Below, in pieces: positions 49,360-61,514 of a DNA stretch of 64,000 bases (positions within the stretch are counted from its first letter, which is position 1; every line of letters begins with the position of its first letter). The notes under the pieces were generated by a model that was not told where the DNA came from, made no database searches, and saw only the letters and a list, made by a program, of their open reading frames with translations. The stretch is taken from the NCBI RefSeq assembly GCF_008831285.2, contig NC_045138.2, forward strand, positions 29,202,001-29,266,000, in the 5' to 3' direction. Origin of the DNA: Nymphaea colorata. Lineage: Eukaryota. A program made the translations under genes and the position numbers.

Positions 49360-50101
49360 GGTTGTCTTTGTTTCAGAGTGGATCTCAGATCCATAGACTT
49401 TTGGATTCATCTACCCCCAACCCCTCACCCATGACCTTAAATATATGATTTTTAACAAATAGTATATATTTAAAATCCATGCTACTGAGATTTTCATCTC
49501 CACAAAGTTTTTTATGCAACTTGAGATCTTAGATTGGAGGCTATCAAACATGACTTTAGTTTGATGAATCATGGATTTTTTTTGTGGGTCTGTAATAGCA
49601 TCAATAGATGCATCATTCATGGATTTTAGATGTGAAGTGATTCAAACATCCTCAAGTTGCATTTGATGGCATCAATTCTGGGATCAGCATAAAAAAGTGT
49701 GTTTTGAGATATCCTCAATTCAAACAAACTGGGGAGCTTAATGGTATGGATTTTAAATCAATGTTACTTGTTAAAAACTATAGATTTAATGTCGGATGGG
49801 GGTTGGTGCGATGGCCAGGGTGGGTACTGATAGGCAGTCAGTCTCTATTTTGATCTCGCGTAGCATCAACTCTTTGTGCTGCAAACAATGAGACACTGAT
49901 ATCTAAATAGTGTATGATAGGGTGTCTCTTCGAGGCACCAATGCAGCCCTAGATCTTAAGGGAATGACCGGAGAGGGCTTTGAGCAGTGAGATTAGACTT
50001 TCACTCACCCGAAAAAAATGTTAGATAAGAAAAATGTCCGACTTTAAATCTATGGATTTAAGATCTTAACGCTTCAAATGTACGAAGAAACAAACACAAC
50101 C
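49360..50101. mobile_element. Tourist (PIF/Harbinger)-like MITE with a nested insertion
   Basis: TIR GGTTGTCTTTGTTTC / GAAACAAACACAACC (14 of 15 match); flanks TTA/TTC; internal ATGGATTT / AATCCAT motifs. Confidence 0.65.
49798..50017 (+). mobile_element. Probable SINE
   Basis: GC-richer ~220-bp island starting GGGGGTTGGTGCGATGG (A-box-like) and ending in an A-tail. Imperfect TSD AATGTCGGAT / AATGTTAGAT. The B box is degenerate. Confidence 0.45.
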
Positions 50102-50861
50102 TTCAATTTCTTGACCGGATCATGAATTTTTAAAGGCAAGTTAACGAAGCGATCTCCCCTTTATCCACTTGCCGGTAAATAGCTGAGAAATTGCTGCTGT
50201 AACTTTTTTTAACATTTGTTGAACTAAATCTCATAATATAGTTTGTGACATTTCAAAAACTAAAAAAAAAAACTAAACATTAAAAGTATTAAATTTCATG
50301 CAACGCTCGTTTCCCGGATGTGCTATTTGCAAGCAACGCTAGGTTTCTTCAAAACTAAGTTCTGGCGCGGCCACCGAGCATGTCCTTAAATGATTAATTT
50401 ACACCAAGTGGCTGCTCAATTGGCCAAAGAATTCCAAAGCAATTTCATAAGGCGATGGGCAGTCCCGAGGAGGGTTCTTCACGTGGCCTCAAGCTGTAGA
50501 GACTAGCCAGTTGGCATATAGGCACGGCCTTTCCACAAAGCAAGGCGAAGAGATTGAGGGAGCCTCCACGGCTTTTTCATAATTAATGATCAGCCCAGCC
50601 CGTTCAAGCCTATGCGCGAAAGCTTTTTGCACAAGGAGTCGAGCTCACTCGGGGTTCATTTGAATTTGATTGCAAACTTCGAGTTTTTGCTCAAAATGTT
50701 CACAAATAAAGTCATTCGTAGTTGAATTAATTTAAAGAAACCAGTTAAAAGAGTTGATGAGTTAAATGAGTTAAAAAGAAACGAAACAAGTTGAAGTTAA
50801 CATAAATGAGTTAAAGCCAGTTTAGGTGGACGCTATATCGTCAAGCCAAACTCGTGCTTAT

Positions 50862-51248
50862 TGCACAATTCATCACTTTGACAAGTTTTGTTTTATATTG
50901 AAGATTTTAATCTTCAGAATTTCAGAATGTTGTTAAGTGGTTGGTTGTAAACTTTTTTTTTTTTGAGTTGAAATTGAAATTACTAGGAGGCAAGTTGGGA
51001 TCCACCAAACCAGGTTTGACATTTGGTATCAAGCAGAACTAGGGTCTCAGAGGCCTTGACATGTGTTCTTAATGGATGGATTGCAATGCCCCACTTTGAT
51101 AAGTTAGTCTAGTGTTGAAAATTATGAGAGATCTTTAAGAGCTTATAAAAATTGTAAAAGTGGTTTATTGTCCTTGTTTATAGTCTTTTGAGGATTAAAA
51201 CCGAAGCTGCTAAAAGTGGGTTAGGATCCACTAAAACAAGTCCTAACA
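50862..51248 (+). mobile_element. TRIM (terminal-repeat retrotransposon in miniature), old
   Basis: Two diverged ~160-bp direct repeats (50862-51021, 51082-51248; TG...CA; shared CACTTTGA.AAGTT, AAGTGGTT and GGATCCAC.AAA.CA.GT). PBS-like TGGTATCAAGC at 51024-51034, ~60-bp internal part, purine-rich AATGGATGGA before the second repeat. TSD unclear. Confidence 0.65.
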
Positions 51249-51748
51249 TGTTTTATGAAACTCAACTCGAGTCCGAGCTGAGCTCAAGATCGAGTGTTTT
51301 GAGTGGAGTCGAGCTGCCCTGCATATATGACTTTTAGACTTTTAAATTGCAAAGAGGTCAAGAGTTCGATGCTTATCGTCCACTTGGATATTTAAAGCAA
51401 CGCGTTTCATGGATCCATCCACCATGGAGCAAAAAATGTATCAGTATCAATCATTTGTTGAGTTGGAACCCATATTTCAGGTCGACAGTCAACCGCACGA
51501 AGGTGGCATCATGGCGCAGTATTTTGTACTATCGAGAATGCCAATCCTGCTCTCTTGTAGCTTCAGATGCATGCAAGATCAATGGTGCGATCGACATATG
51601 ATTTGATCGTGAAATTAATGCACCAATACAGTGTCAGTGTGTGGAGTCAGATGCACAAAAATTCCATTGGAGATTCTATCAACAGTAGACGAAGGCTAAG
51701 CTCACTTGCAACCGGCACCTCTCCACATACAAAATTGATAAGCATAGG

Positions 51749-52423
51749 TTCCCATAACCTTGACATCCATTGACGATAAGCATGGAAAACTAAATGATTT
51801 TTTTTTCTCTATCATTTATTTTTATTTATCTTGTTGGGATTCTTCCTTTAAATCTCTTTAAAAAGAGTTATCTTTCAACCTTATTGTTAACATTCTCCGT
51901 CAAACTAGAAGAAGAATATGAATGTCCATGTTTGCTGCAAAACTTTATAAAAACTGATCAATTTATCTCTTTGGTGGTGATTTGGCGAACCCAAATTTGT
52001 TTCATGAAGTTTTTCTTCAACGGAATCAAGTCCTCGCTTGGATGAAGAAGACAGTGATCTCTTTGGTCGTCTATAGGCCATTTCTGGATTTCGACATTCT
52101 TCGACAAGCATCCTGTTCTGATCCTATGTTGAAAACATATAAAAGAAGCAAAGTAAACAATAAAATGCAATGAAAAGTTTATTTTCATTAAAAAATGCAT
52201 GGTTTTTCATTATGAAAGACTATCATGAACCTTGTCTACACAGGTTAAATAGGTGACGTTTCCCATAACCTTGGCATCCATTTGACGATAAGCATGGAAA
52301 ACTAAATTTAATTTTGTAAAAAAAAATTATTTTCCTTTATCATTTAATTTGATTTATGGTTTCTGTTCTTGAATATCTTTAGAAACGGTTGCCCTTCAAC
52401 CTTTATCCTTTAACAATTTTCTC
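51749..52423 (+). repeat. Dispersed ~150-bp direct repeat pair (51749-51897 / 52260-52423)
   Basis: TTCCCATAACCTTG(A/G)CATCCATT(T)GACGATAAGCATGGAAAACTAAAT occurs twice, with a more diverged continuation. Confidence 0.75.
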
Positions 52424-52444
52424 ATGCTCATCTTCAACCTTATT

Positions 52445-52650
52445 TAATGTCATTCTTGTCCTGCGCTGGCGATGCTGCACCGTGATCTCAGAGCCTAGAT
52501 CCACAACAATGCCGTGGTCACGTTAAGAGTGCACTGCTTCTTGGCCTGTAATTCCCCAACTCACAATTGGGGAACGACAGGGATCTCATCTGTTCTCTGC
52601 TTGTGTTTGTTTCGTCTGCTGCCCAAATGCAAGCATGCTTTCCACATGCT
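52445..52650 (+). pseudogene. ATL RING-H2 remnant; linker-like homology continues to ~52935
   Basis: CTGGCGATGCTGCA (post-TM motif), RDLICSLLVF (GLD-like) and RLLPKCKHAFHM, with large deletions. Confidence 0.7.
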
Positions 52651-54300
52651 GGGGAGAGACAGAATTCAGCAGCTGCCTGCTGCAACAGAAAGTCATCGTT
52701 GTCATTGAGGGTCAGCAATTTGGCAGAACCAATTGATTCAGCAGCAGGTGAGCATTCTTGGTTCAGAGGACCATAGTGACGAAAATAGAACAGGTGAGTA
52801 TTCCATTTGCGGTCACGCCAGAGATTTACCATCCTTGACATGGCAGATCTAACTCAAGGAAAGAGAAAGTGTTCACTTTCCCGATCGAACCGATGATGGT
52901 AGCTTGGTCTCGTCGAGAATGAGCAATGATGGTGAGTCACAATATAGGTTGAGTGAGCTCCAATTTGATCGCCACGCACCTGGAAAGCCCAGTCTGGAAG
53001 CAAAGTCTAGATTTCCTGGAGATCAAATCGTGAAGTTGAGGCAGCAATGTGGCAGAACAAATCCAAAGAAAGAATGAGATCTCAAATGGCCGAAACGATG
53101 TTACCAGCAGAGGCTCTCTGCCGGACAAATGCAAATTCAGTGCTCCGGCGATGGTAGACTCTACTAGTCACCAGATAGAGTTTTTGGGTCTTTATTGGCA
53201 ACATTTTTCTGGGCTACTTTCGGCAAAGGTTGCTTTTCTCTAGAAATATGTAAAAAGAAGAAGAATTCTAAAAGTCAGATAACATTAAAAAAATATTTGA
53301 AAATTAAAGATGAAAAGGAGACTTAAGAAATGCAAATATAAGTGACTAAACGCGTAGGGATTTGTTAACAAGTTACAGCAAGTCGTGTAATAATTAGCAA
53401 AGTGAATGAATGACAAGTAACGTGGAATGAAGGCAACTAAATAGCCATAATTAGCACCATACGTTAGCCGCACAACGCCAATTTGGGGTTTTAAACCTTA
53501 ATGTACGTTCAATGCTTTTAAATAGCCAACTTGTCCTAAGTTCAACGCTTTACGCGGATATTTTGGCGATACAATATCGTTATATATGTTTCCTGATATT
53601 AAAAACCTTATCCTTTGTGTTAGCAATAAAACCGAGATATTTTCAAAATGGTGTAAAGTGTAAACAAATCTTCAGCTTGAAGAAAGCATTACTTTGCTTT
53701 CTGAAAAGAAAACTTGCCAAGAAAAATTGTTCAGGAAAGAAGAACCCGGACCATCAAATTGGCCTACATATGGTGCTTCACATGGGATGTGGCCCAGCAG
53801 CTAAGTGGGCAGGATGTACAGATCACAGATTTTCAAGACATTGAAGAAAATAGTGGTTGATACACAAGATGTAGGATCCACATACGAAAAAATATCTAGA
53901 AGCCAATGATTATCATTGAGTGATTACGGTAGATTTTCTAACAACGATCTTGAAAAATCGGGTCATTTGGAATTACTTTTTGACTCAGTAAACAAGTGGC
54001 AACAGATCTGAAGGAAATCAGAAGGCTAGAACTAATCAAAACGATGCACAACGTAGCGTAGGAAGCTAGTTACTGCCACACTGATTGATCTTTAACACAG
54101 GAAGATCCTGGGACCAAAATGTTAAAGTTGGACTAGAATTCCCTCTGATCTTGACGATGTTAGCAGTGAAGACAGCTGCTCTTTGGCTCTATCGTAAGAA
54201 AAGCCGAATAACTTTCTCATCCATTCAGATGCTTGCAGATATCGATCAGACTTTGTAGAAGACTCACGCATAGAAAATAATCTAGAAAGTGAAAGAAGGA

Positions 54301-54365
54301 ATTGACTTGCATATATAAATGAGACACTTGTGTGGTAACTTAAAACATTCTTCTCTTATATAAAA
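54301..54365 (+). promoter_or_regulatory. W-box (TTGACT) plus TATA module of the double-RING ATL; homologous modules at 22006, 24241, 39024 and 41352
   Basis: ATTGACTTGCATATATAAAT ... TATATAAAA, about 175-240 nt upstream of the ATG. The same ATTGACT-then-TATA-like layout precedes the paralogues. Confidence 0.5.
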
Positions 54366-54538
54366 ATGAAATTCTAACAGAATTTTAAGGAAGCGGGAAG
54401 GCACCCTGAGACCAATCACGACTGCCACAGAAGAGGGAAAAAGTCTGCAGATGACAAGGCGATGCCTTTTACCTGCTCTGCTTCCTTAATTTACCTCGCC
54501 CTTCTCTTTGGCCAAAGCAGCAGAAGAAGAGATCAAAT

Positions 54539-55363
54539 ATGCCTGATGGTGCGCTCTATTTGCTTGTGGTATCCGCGTTTTCCTTCGTCGGCTTCGTTCT
54601 GTTGTGCTTGCGCTGCCGCAGTGCTAATCGAGGAAACAACAGCAATATTAGCCTTCATCACGTTCAGGTGATCCCTTCCAGGGATCCGCCACAGACTTCT
54701 GGAATTGAAGAGGAACTCGTCAGTTCCTTGCCTTTGATTGTGTTCTCGTCACAAGACGACTCGAGCATTCTAGCCTCAGAATGTGCAGTTTGCCTTGCCA
54801 GATTTGAAGACTCTGATTTGCTTCACCTGCTGCCCAAGTGCAAACACAGCTTTCATGTCCAGTGCATAGACAAATGGCTTGAGAACCACTCGAGTTGCCC
54901 AATATGCCGGCAAAATATCGATGCCCAAGACTTCGCTTCCTTCAGATGGCTGTATGGCTCATGGAATTCAGGTAACATGGCAGGCCCAACTCAAATAACA
55001 ACAGAGACTTCTGTTGACCAAGGTGACAACAGCAGGCAGGTTACATTGAGGATGAGCAGTGAACCTGACGGATCGAGTGTAGGTTCGATATGTGCAATTT
55101 GTCGTAATAGAATTGAGGACTCGGAATTGCTTCTTCTGCTTCCCAAATGCGGCCACAGTTTTCACGTTAGCTGCACACAGTATTGGCTTGAGGGTCACGC
55201 AGTATGCCCTGTTTGCAGCCAAAACATAGATCCCCAAGAACTTTCATCCTTCACAGTCATCAGGCAAGAAACAAGGAAGTCACTCAGTAACGTGGGAGAA
55301 TCAACCCAATCGACAAATAAGAATCTATTGTGCCAAAAGGATGATCCTGCGCAGGCTCGATGA
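54539..55363 (+). CDS. ATL-family E3 ligase with TM and two tandem RING-H2 domains, 274 aa, intronless
   Basis: TM LYLLVVSAFSFVGFVLLCL; GIEEELVSSLP; RING1 CAVCL..PKCKHSFHVQCIDKWL..SCPIC; RING2 CAICR..PKCGHSFHVSCTQYWL..VCPVC. All 8 ligands are present in both domains. Confidence 0.92.
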   Translation: MPDGALYLLVVSAFSFVGFVLLCLRCRSANRGNNSNISLHHVQVIPSRDPPQTSGIEEELVSSLPLIVFSSQDDSSILASECAVCLARFEDSDLLHLLPKCKHSFHVQCIDKWLENHSSCPICRQNIDAQDFASFRWLYGSWNSGNMAGPTQITTETSVDQGDNSRQVTLRMSSEPDGSSVGSICAICRNRIEDSELLLLLPKCGHSFHVSCTQYWLEGHAVCPVCSQNIDPQELSSFTVIRQETRKSLSNVGESTQSTNKNLLCQKDDPAQAR

Positions 55364-56777
55364 GAGTGAGTGGCGGATGTAGCCCCTCTTGTGATTGTGG
55401 GAATGTAAAGAATTCAGATTCAGAGGTACTCCTTAAGTGTATACATGGAATTGTTATTTCTGATGTATTGAAGAAATCCTGAGTAGATTACATGCGGGCC
55501 TTATTTATGTATTTGCACGTATTTTATTTTCGCTTCATCAATGGGTTGACATGATTTGGAGGAAGAAAGTCGGACACCTAGAAAACTTGTTACGATCAAA
55601 AGCAGAATTCAGGCAAATTAGGTTAATGGTGAGGACATCCACGCGCTCAAGAGACTCAGATAGGTCGACGGTCATCTCTGTTGGTAGAGAGAGAGAGAGA
55701 GAGAGAGAGAATAAATTATTACACTGCAAGCTCCAACAGAAGGAGCCAAAACCTCCTACAAAAGAAAATAGCAACAAAACACTAGTGACCAGGTGCCGCT
55801 TCATTTCTTCAAGAGGTGCGTGACCCCCAAAGACATTTGCAGGAGCCCATACATCACAGAGCGATCACATTCGTATCTCATCAAAAAAGGAGATGAGCAT
55901 GCCCGAAAGTCCTTCCCTTTTAAAATCTAGTGGTGATAGTGGGCCCTTTGACAATGCTATGAGAGACGCGTGGAAAGAAAGAGCATGTTGACTCGGATAA
56001 CTTTCTAAGGTGCATGACATGATTCTTGCGGGTGAATGAGAAGGTTATCCCACTGTTCCGATGGGTTTTAGAGATATCGAACCGGGAAGTATGATTGCTG
56101 TGTGCTTTCACTTGCATGTAAAATCTCGAATCTCAAACTTGGACTAAAAAACAGCAGTTAAACTGCCTGTGATTGGATTTCAAGCCTTAGTAAATATTAC
56201 TGCTTTATGAAACCAACACCATGTATAACGATGATGATCAAGATAATAATCAAATAACAAAAAGAACAGTAACTGCCATAACAATAATCATTGTTATTAT
56301 GTAAATTGCTATTTCCGTAGAGAGAAAAATATCGAAAAATGAATGCTGCCTCAATTTGTTCTCCTTTCCCCATCATCTGCTCAAGCTAGGGACCGTAATC
56401 TGCATATCCTTCGCCACCTGGCTATGTTAAGAAGTTGCCTCCACAAGATGCCCTCTGTTTTGTTCAAGATATGGAAATCTCTGCGACAAGAACAAGTTGT
56501 ATGGCTTGAACCCCAGTTACTGTCAAATTTTCTAAAGGTGGCAATAGGTGGTGCTTCGGTAGATATGTTCATCTACTGAAAATGTCAATCCGTGTGATGG
56601 ATGAGCAAGGATAAAAATAACCTCTTAGGTCTTCAGAAATAGAAGAACAATAAAATGTCAACATTGTTTCTTTTTTCCTATGAATCTGAATTACCTTACG
56701 AGTATCAAAGAAGGGTAAACACTTTTAGTTTGCAACATAACGCCACTCTCTAACAAAGTGAAAAAAAGAGACTAAAC

Positions 56778-57084
56778 ATGGATCGTGTGGCAATATTTTT
56801 CTCTGTTTCAATGGTTATTCCAATGGTTGTAGGCACTGAAGAATAAACACTACTAATTACAGGGAAGACGATACCAACAGTGGCCAGGTTCCAAGTGATC
56901 ACTTTCAGGATTCTGCAACCATCTGCAAGAATAGGAAGCGAACTCACGGATGATTTTCTTGCTAGACTGTGCAGTTTGCATTGCTTGATTTGAAGGTAGG
57001 AAGCTGTTTCATCTGCTGCCTAAATGTAAATATACCTCCGACGTACAATATATGGACATATTGCTGGAGAGCCATTCGAGCTGC
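56778..57084 (+). pseudogene. ATL RING-H2 remnant
   Basis: 56965-57084 reads DCAVCIA*FEGRKLFHLLPKCKYTSDVQYMDILLESHSSC. The 5' boundary is approximate. Confidence 0.75.
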
Positions 57085-57345
57085 AGATTACGTGGGTGTC
57101 AAAATTAGCAACCTGTTTCATTAAAACAATTAGTTGTCCTGGATGCTTTTGAAAAAGGAATACTTGCCACAATAAATTATGAGGAAAAGCAGAATTGATG
57201 CCATTAAGTTGGCCTACATATAGTGCTTCGTAATAGCTACCCCAGCAGCAAATTAGACAGGAAGAACAGGCTATAGATTTCCAAGCCGTTGAAATGGTGA
57301 TCAACACACAATATGCAGGATCCACATATCTGAAAGAGATCAAAT

Positions 57346-58143
57346 ATGTCTTATAGTGCACTGTATTTCATTGTCCTCATTTTCCTTCGTCCTAATCCTT
57401 TTCTTGTACTTGCGCTGCCACCTTGCTATTCGTGGAAACAACAGCAATATGGGTGCTCATCATGTTCAGGTATTACATTCCATTATTGCCCCCCTATGAA
57501 CTACAGGAGTTCAACACGAGGACATCACCAATTCCCCGCCTTTGATTGTGTTCTTGGCACAAGATGGCTCGAGCACTTCTGGCTCAGAATGTGCAGTTTG
57601 CTTTTGCAGATTTGAGGGCAAAGACTTGCTTCACCTGCTTCCCAAACGCAGACACGCATTTCATGTCCAGTGCATAGACAAGTGGCTTGGTAGCCACTTG
57701 AGCTGCCCAATATGCTGGCCAAATGTCGACGCCCAAGATTTCTCGTCCTTCAGATTGTTGTCTGGCTTACAGAATTCCGGTAACATGGCAGAACCAAAAA
57801 GAGTTCCGTTCACCAAGATGATAACAGCAGACAAGTCCCCATTGGGGATGAGCACTGGTCCTAACTGGTCGAGTTTGGTCTGATGCGTGTTTCGCCTTGA
57901 CAGATTTGAGGACTCCAAATTGCTGCTTCTGTTTCCTAAATGTAGCCACAGTTTTCATGTTAGCTGATACAGAATTGGCTTGAGAGTCATGCAATATGCC
58001 CTCTCCGCAGGCAACACATAGATCCCCAGGAATTCAAACTCTTCAGGTGTGAAACATGGAATTCATTCAGTAACGTGGGACGACCAATCCAATCAACAAA
58101 TGAGAATTCACTTGACTAAAAGGATGATTGTGGTCATGCTTAA
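57346..58143 (+). pseudogene. Double-RING ATL pseudogene, paralogue of 54539-55363
   Basis: Colinear with 54539-55363 from GAGATCAAATATG to AAAAGGATGAT. Frameshifts lie before RING1, RING1 has a Cys-to-Arg change, and RING2 reads *CVFRLDRFEDSKLLLLFPKCSHSFHVS*. Confidence 0.9.
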
Positions 58144-58221
58144 TGAGAATGAGTTGCAGGTGGAGGATTCAAGTAAAACATAGAGGGGAAAGAGAAGAAA
58201 AAGAAAGGAAAATTAATTGAT

Positions 58222-58469
58222 GAAGACGTTTGGATGGAGGGAAAGTGAGGAAGGAAATGGGCGGAAGATAAAAAAAGTTGTTTGAATAGGGAGGAAGGGA
58301 AGGGAAGGGAAAGTTATGTTTATATGGAATCCCTCATCATGTCTGCGAGTGCGTGCATGAGAAAATCGTGAGAAATCACAGAAAGCAACTGTTCCCCCTC
58401 TCAGCACAACGGCTTCTCGTTGCACTGCAGAGCGTCTGAGCAGAGCCTTCTTCCTCATCAGGTGTGGTG

Positions 58470-58504
<35 letters not shown>

Positions 58505-60425
58505 TGGTTTGATGAGGAACAGACAGACGTCCGGTGAAGAATCACGACGGACGGCCGTTCGTTTTCTGCTCCAATGGAGGACGCCCAAATCAGAAATGGC
58601 CCAGTTGGGGTCGTCTGCTTCATTTGGGCCTCCGGTGGTTGCCCAAATCAGAGATGGCCCGATTGGGTTCGTCTGCAATAGGGCTTCGTTTCCTTCATTG
58701 TAGATTCTTGTGATCTCCATTAAGTGTGACATGATTACAAATGCTCTAAACGAACCCCAATCCCGATTCTGAAACTAGCAGATGAATGGTAATACGTGCT
58801 TAGAATGCTTCATAGGTGTGAGATAATGTCTTCAAGTGACCTGTGCTCAATCTAGTTTCAAACTGATCTCTGTTCTCTGTAAAAATGAAACGGCATATGA
58901 ATGTGCGAAACAACCTTCATTAGCTTCAAACTGTTCTCTGTATTCTGGTGTAATTGCATTGGAGAAAAAATGTTCTCTATAAACGGATTCGCTAGTATGA
59001 GTTGCTTTGGTAATTTTCTGCTTGAAATTGTTGTGTTGGCAGCCCTCGAATCTTTCTCCTTTTTTCCTTTTGCTTTGACCCAACCCACTCATTTCCAGAG
59101 AAGATTTAGATCTAATCCTTCTTCTAACAACACTAAGACCTACTGCAACTCACCTTTCTAATCCTGAGATAGGTGCTGTCATGTTTGGCTTGCACAAGAA
59201 ATGGTACCTATGCAAGTTGATCCCGGATAATATGAATCCACAGATTAGAAGCTGAAGGTGCCAATAAATATGATCAGTTGGTGAGAAATATGTTGGAAGG
59301 ACATGCTTATAGTGGAGAATATAGTAATTGCCCTACATTTCTGCAATTTTCTTACGCCTTTCCCATTAATTTACTTTAGATTAGTACAGATTGTTCAAGA
59401 ATATGTAAGCCTTCTTAGTTGCTTTGTTTCTTGTACTGGTTGCTGGTTTGTATAGTTTCATGTACTTGCTTTGTTTGATTACCAACTACTAGTGCTATGT
59501 AATTATTTTTAAAAATGTATTGTAATAAATGGTAGTTCTCATTGCATAATGTTATTTTAAATGTTTTAGAAGACATGAGACATCTCAACAAGAGAGCTTT
59601 AACAACGTGGATGACATTTTCAAATAGAATTTAGAGCTCAAGAGCAAGCCAAGGGTTCTAATTTTAGGTCATATTGTTTATTATTTCATTCGCTGAATGT
59701 ATCAGTAGAGAAAAGATGTGCGCCAATCAATTCGATTATCATTTGAAGAGACAAAAGGTTAGAAATCAAATCATATATTACCTAAAAGATGATATACAAT
59801 GTCGTAATACGGCACGAAGTGATGGTGGACTATGCAGTACCTTACACTACAAAGTAGAAGAAGAAGTTTATCCTACTTCAAGTTCACCATCAAAGCGTAC
59901 AAAGAAGAGAGCTAGAATAGAAGAGAACTTTAAAGAAGTCGAAGTTATCAAAGATGTGATTGAATCGGTTGGGATGAATTGAGACGGTATTTTGTAAATA
60001 TGTAATTATCTTGAATATATCAACCATTTCTTTCTTTTTTCGATCGCCTAGAAGGGACAAAAGAAAAAACATCTTGTTGTTTTTTCAACAATTTAAACCA
60101 TATAAAGTTCTGACCATCTATCAAAGAAAAAAGAACCAATTGATCTTGTAGTATTCCCAAGAAATTTCTTCAATTTTTTTTCAGAAACCAATGATTATTG
60201 GTCTGCTTTTCACATTCCATGAATAGTCGAAACACAGCTAAACAAATATGATTTTTTGTATTCCTTTTCTTTTTATCTAAACAAGACTTTGTTTAACAGT
60301 TTTTTTCTCTTTCCTTAATTTTCTTTTCCCACCCCATCAATTTTTCCTCTTTCTTTTTTTTTCTTTTTCTTTCCTTTTCATATATTAAAATCTGTTTTTT
60401 TTTTTCATCCATCCAAACATAGTCC
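58222..60425 (+). mobile_element. Degenerate PIF/Harbinger element with Myb/SANT-like ORF remnants
   Basis: Inverted termini GTTTGGATGGA (58228) / TCCATCCAAAC (~60408), with a purine-rich left and pyrimidine-rich right subterminus. Fragments GEK..NGF (~58960) and YDQLV.EIC.KD...GEY (~59270-59320) resemble Harbinger ORF1. Boundaries are approximate. Confidence 0.45.
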
Positions 60426-61514
60426 TAAAGGTAAACTTGGTTTTGTTGTTTCTGATGATGCATTATAAAGATCCTCATTTAATTAAATATGGGCCTTGTT
60501 TATGTATTTGTTTGTTTAGTTATTTTCAGTTCATGAACAACATAAAAACGCTTTTTTTTTTTAAGAGAGAGAGAGAGAGAGAGAGAGAATTTAGGCCTTC
60601 GATCTGTGGCTTTTCCTACTCTTGTCTGCATCTCTAGATAAAAGACCAACAAGACGGTGACAAAGAAAGATGGTGGTGCATCCTTTGGTTTTATATGATA
60701 GAATTCCATTAGAAATATGCAGGATGATGAATCATACAAATATGCTTCTCAAGTATCAGACTGAAATCCTATAAAGATCTGTCTGGTTCCATATAAACGC
60801 ATAAAGGTTGGATCGGATGGTATTCAATCGTCTCAATTCAGTTTTAAAATTGAATTCGGAAAACGGTGGAGCTGACCTGAATAGGAACTGGAACTGTTTG
60901 CATACTATGATGGCACGTCCTATGTTGCCATTAAAAAGAGAGGTTTCGGGAGAGGGTTATCCCATCGCTCCGGCAAAAGCCGAAGTCCTTAAATTCATTC
61001 TCTTTGCCCTTAAGGAATAAAACTGCATTGTAAGATCTCCGTGTGTTTCAACTTACACGTAGAACCTATCCGCTTATGCACTAGCCATCCATAGGTTTCG
61101 AACCAGGGATTCACATCCAATGCCCAAATTAAAACCTGTATATGCCAGAAGTTTCTTCTAATAAACGTGTCCAGGTAAACAAAATTCGTTTCAGCCCTTT
61201 TCCTTTCCTGAAATTCGGTTGCCTGTTCTTTTTCTCTTTTTTTTTTCTTTTCTCGCTTGCTGCTTTAGACTGTCTCCCGTTATCTATAATAGGGTATGGT
61301 GAACATTTATAATTAAGGACCCACTTTTTGTTATAATCTCAGAAGCCGGCTTGACGTTTCTGAACTTGCAAATAGATCCAACTAGTTTTGTTGGCAACTG
61401 TCAAATGGTTAATTAGGTTAAAATTTGATCACCTAATCTGTCAAATGGTTATATTTTTTTCCGACCATTTTACGCACAAAAATAAATGTTTTTCAACATT
61501 TAAAGAGGGAGAGG

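Noticed and set aside
60930..61130. Minus-strand SINE (B-box-like GGTTCGAAACC at ~61094-61104)
   Set aside because: No A box, tail or TSD identified.
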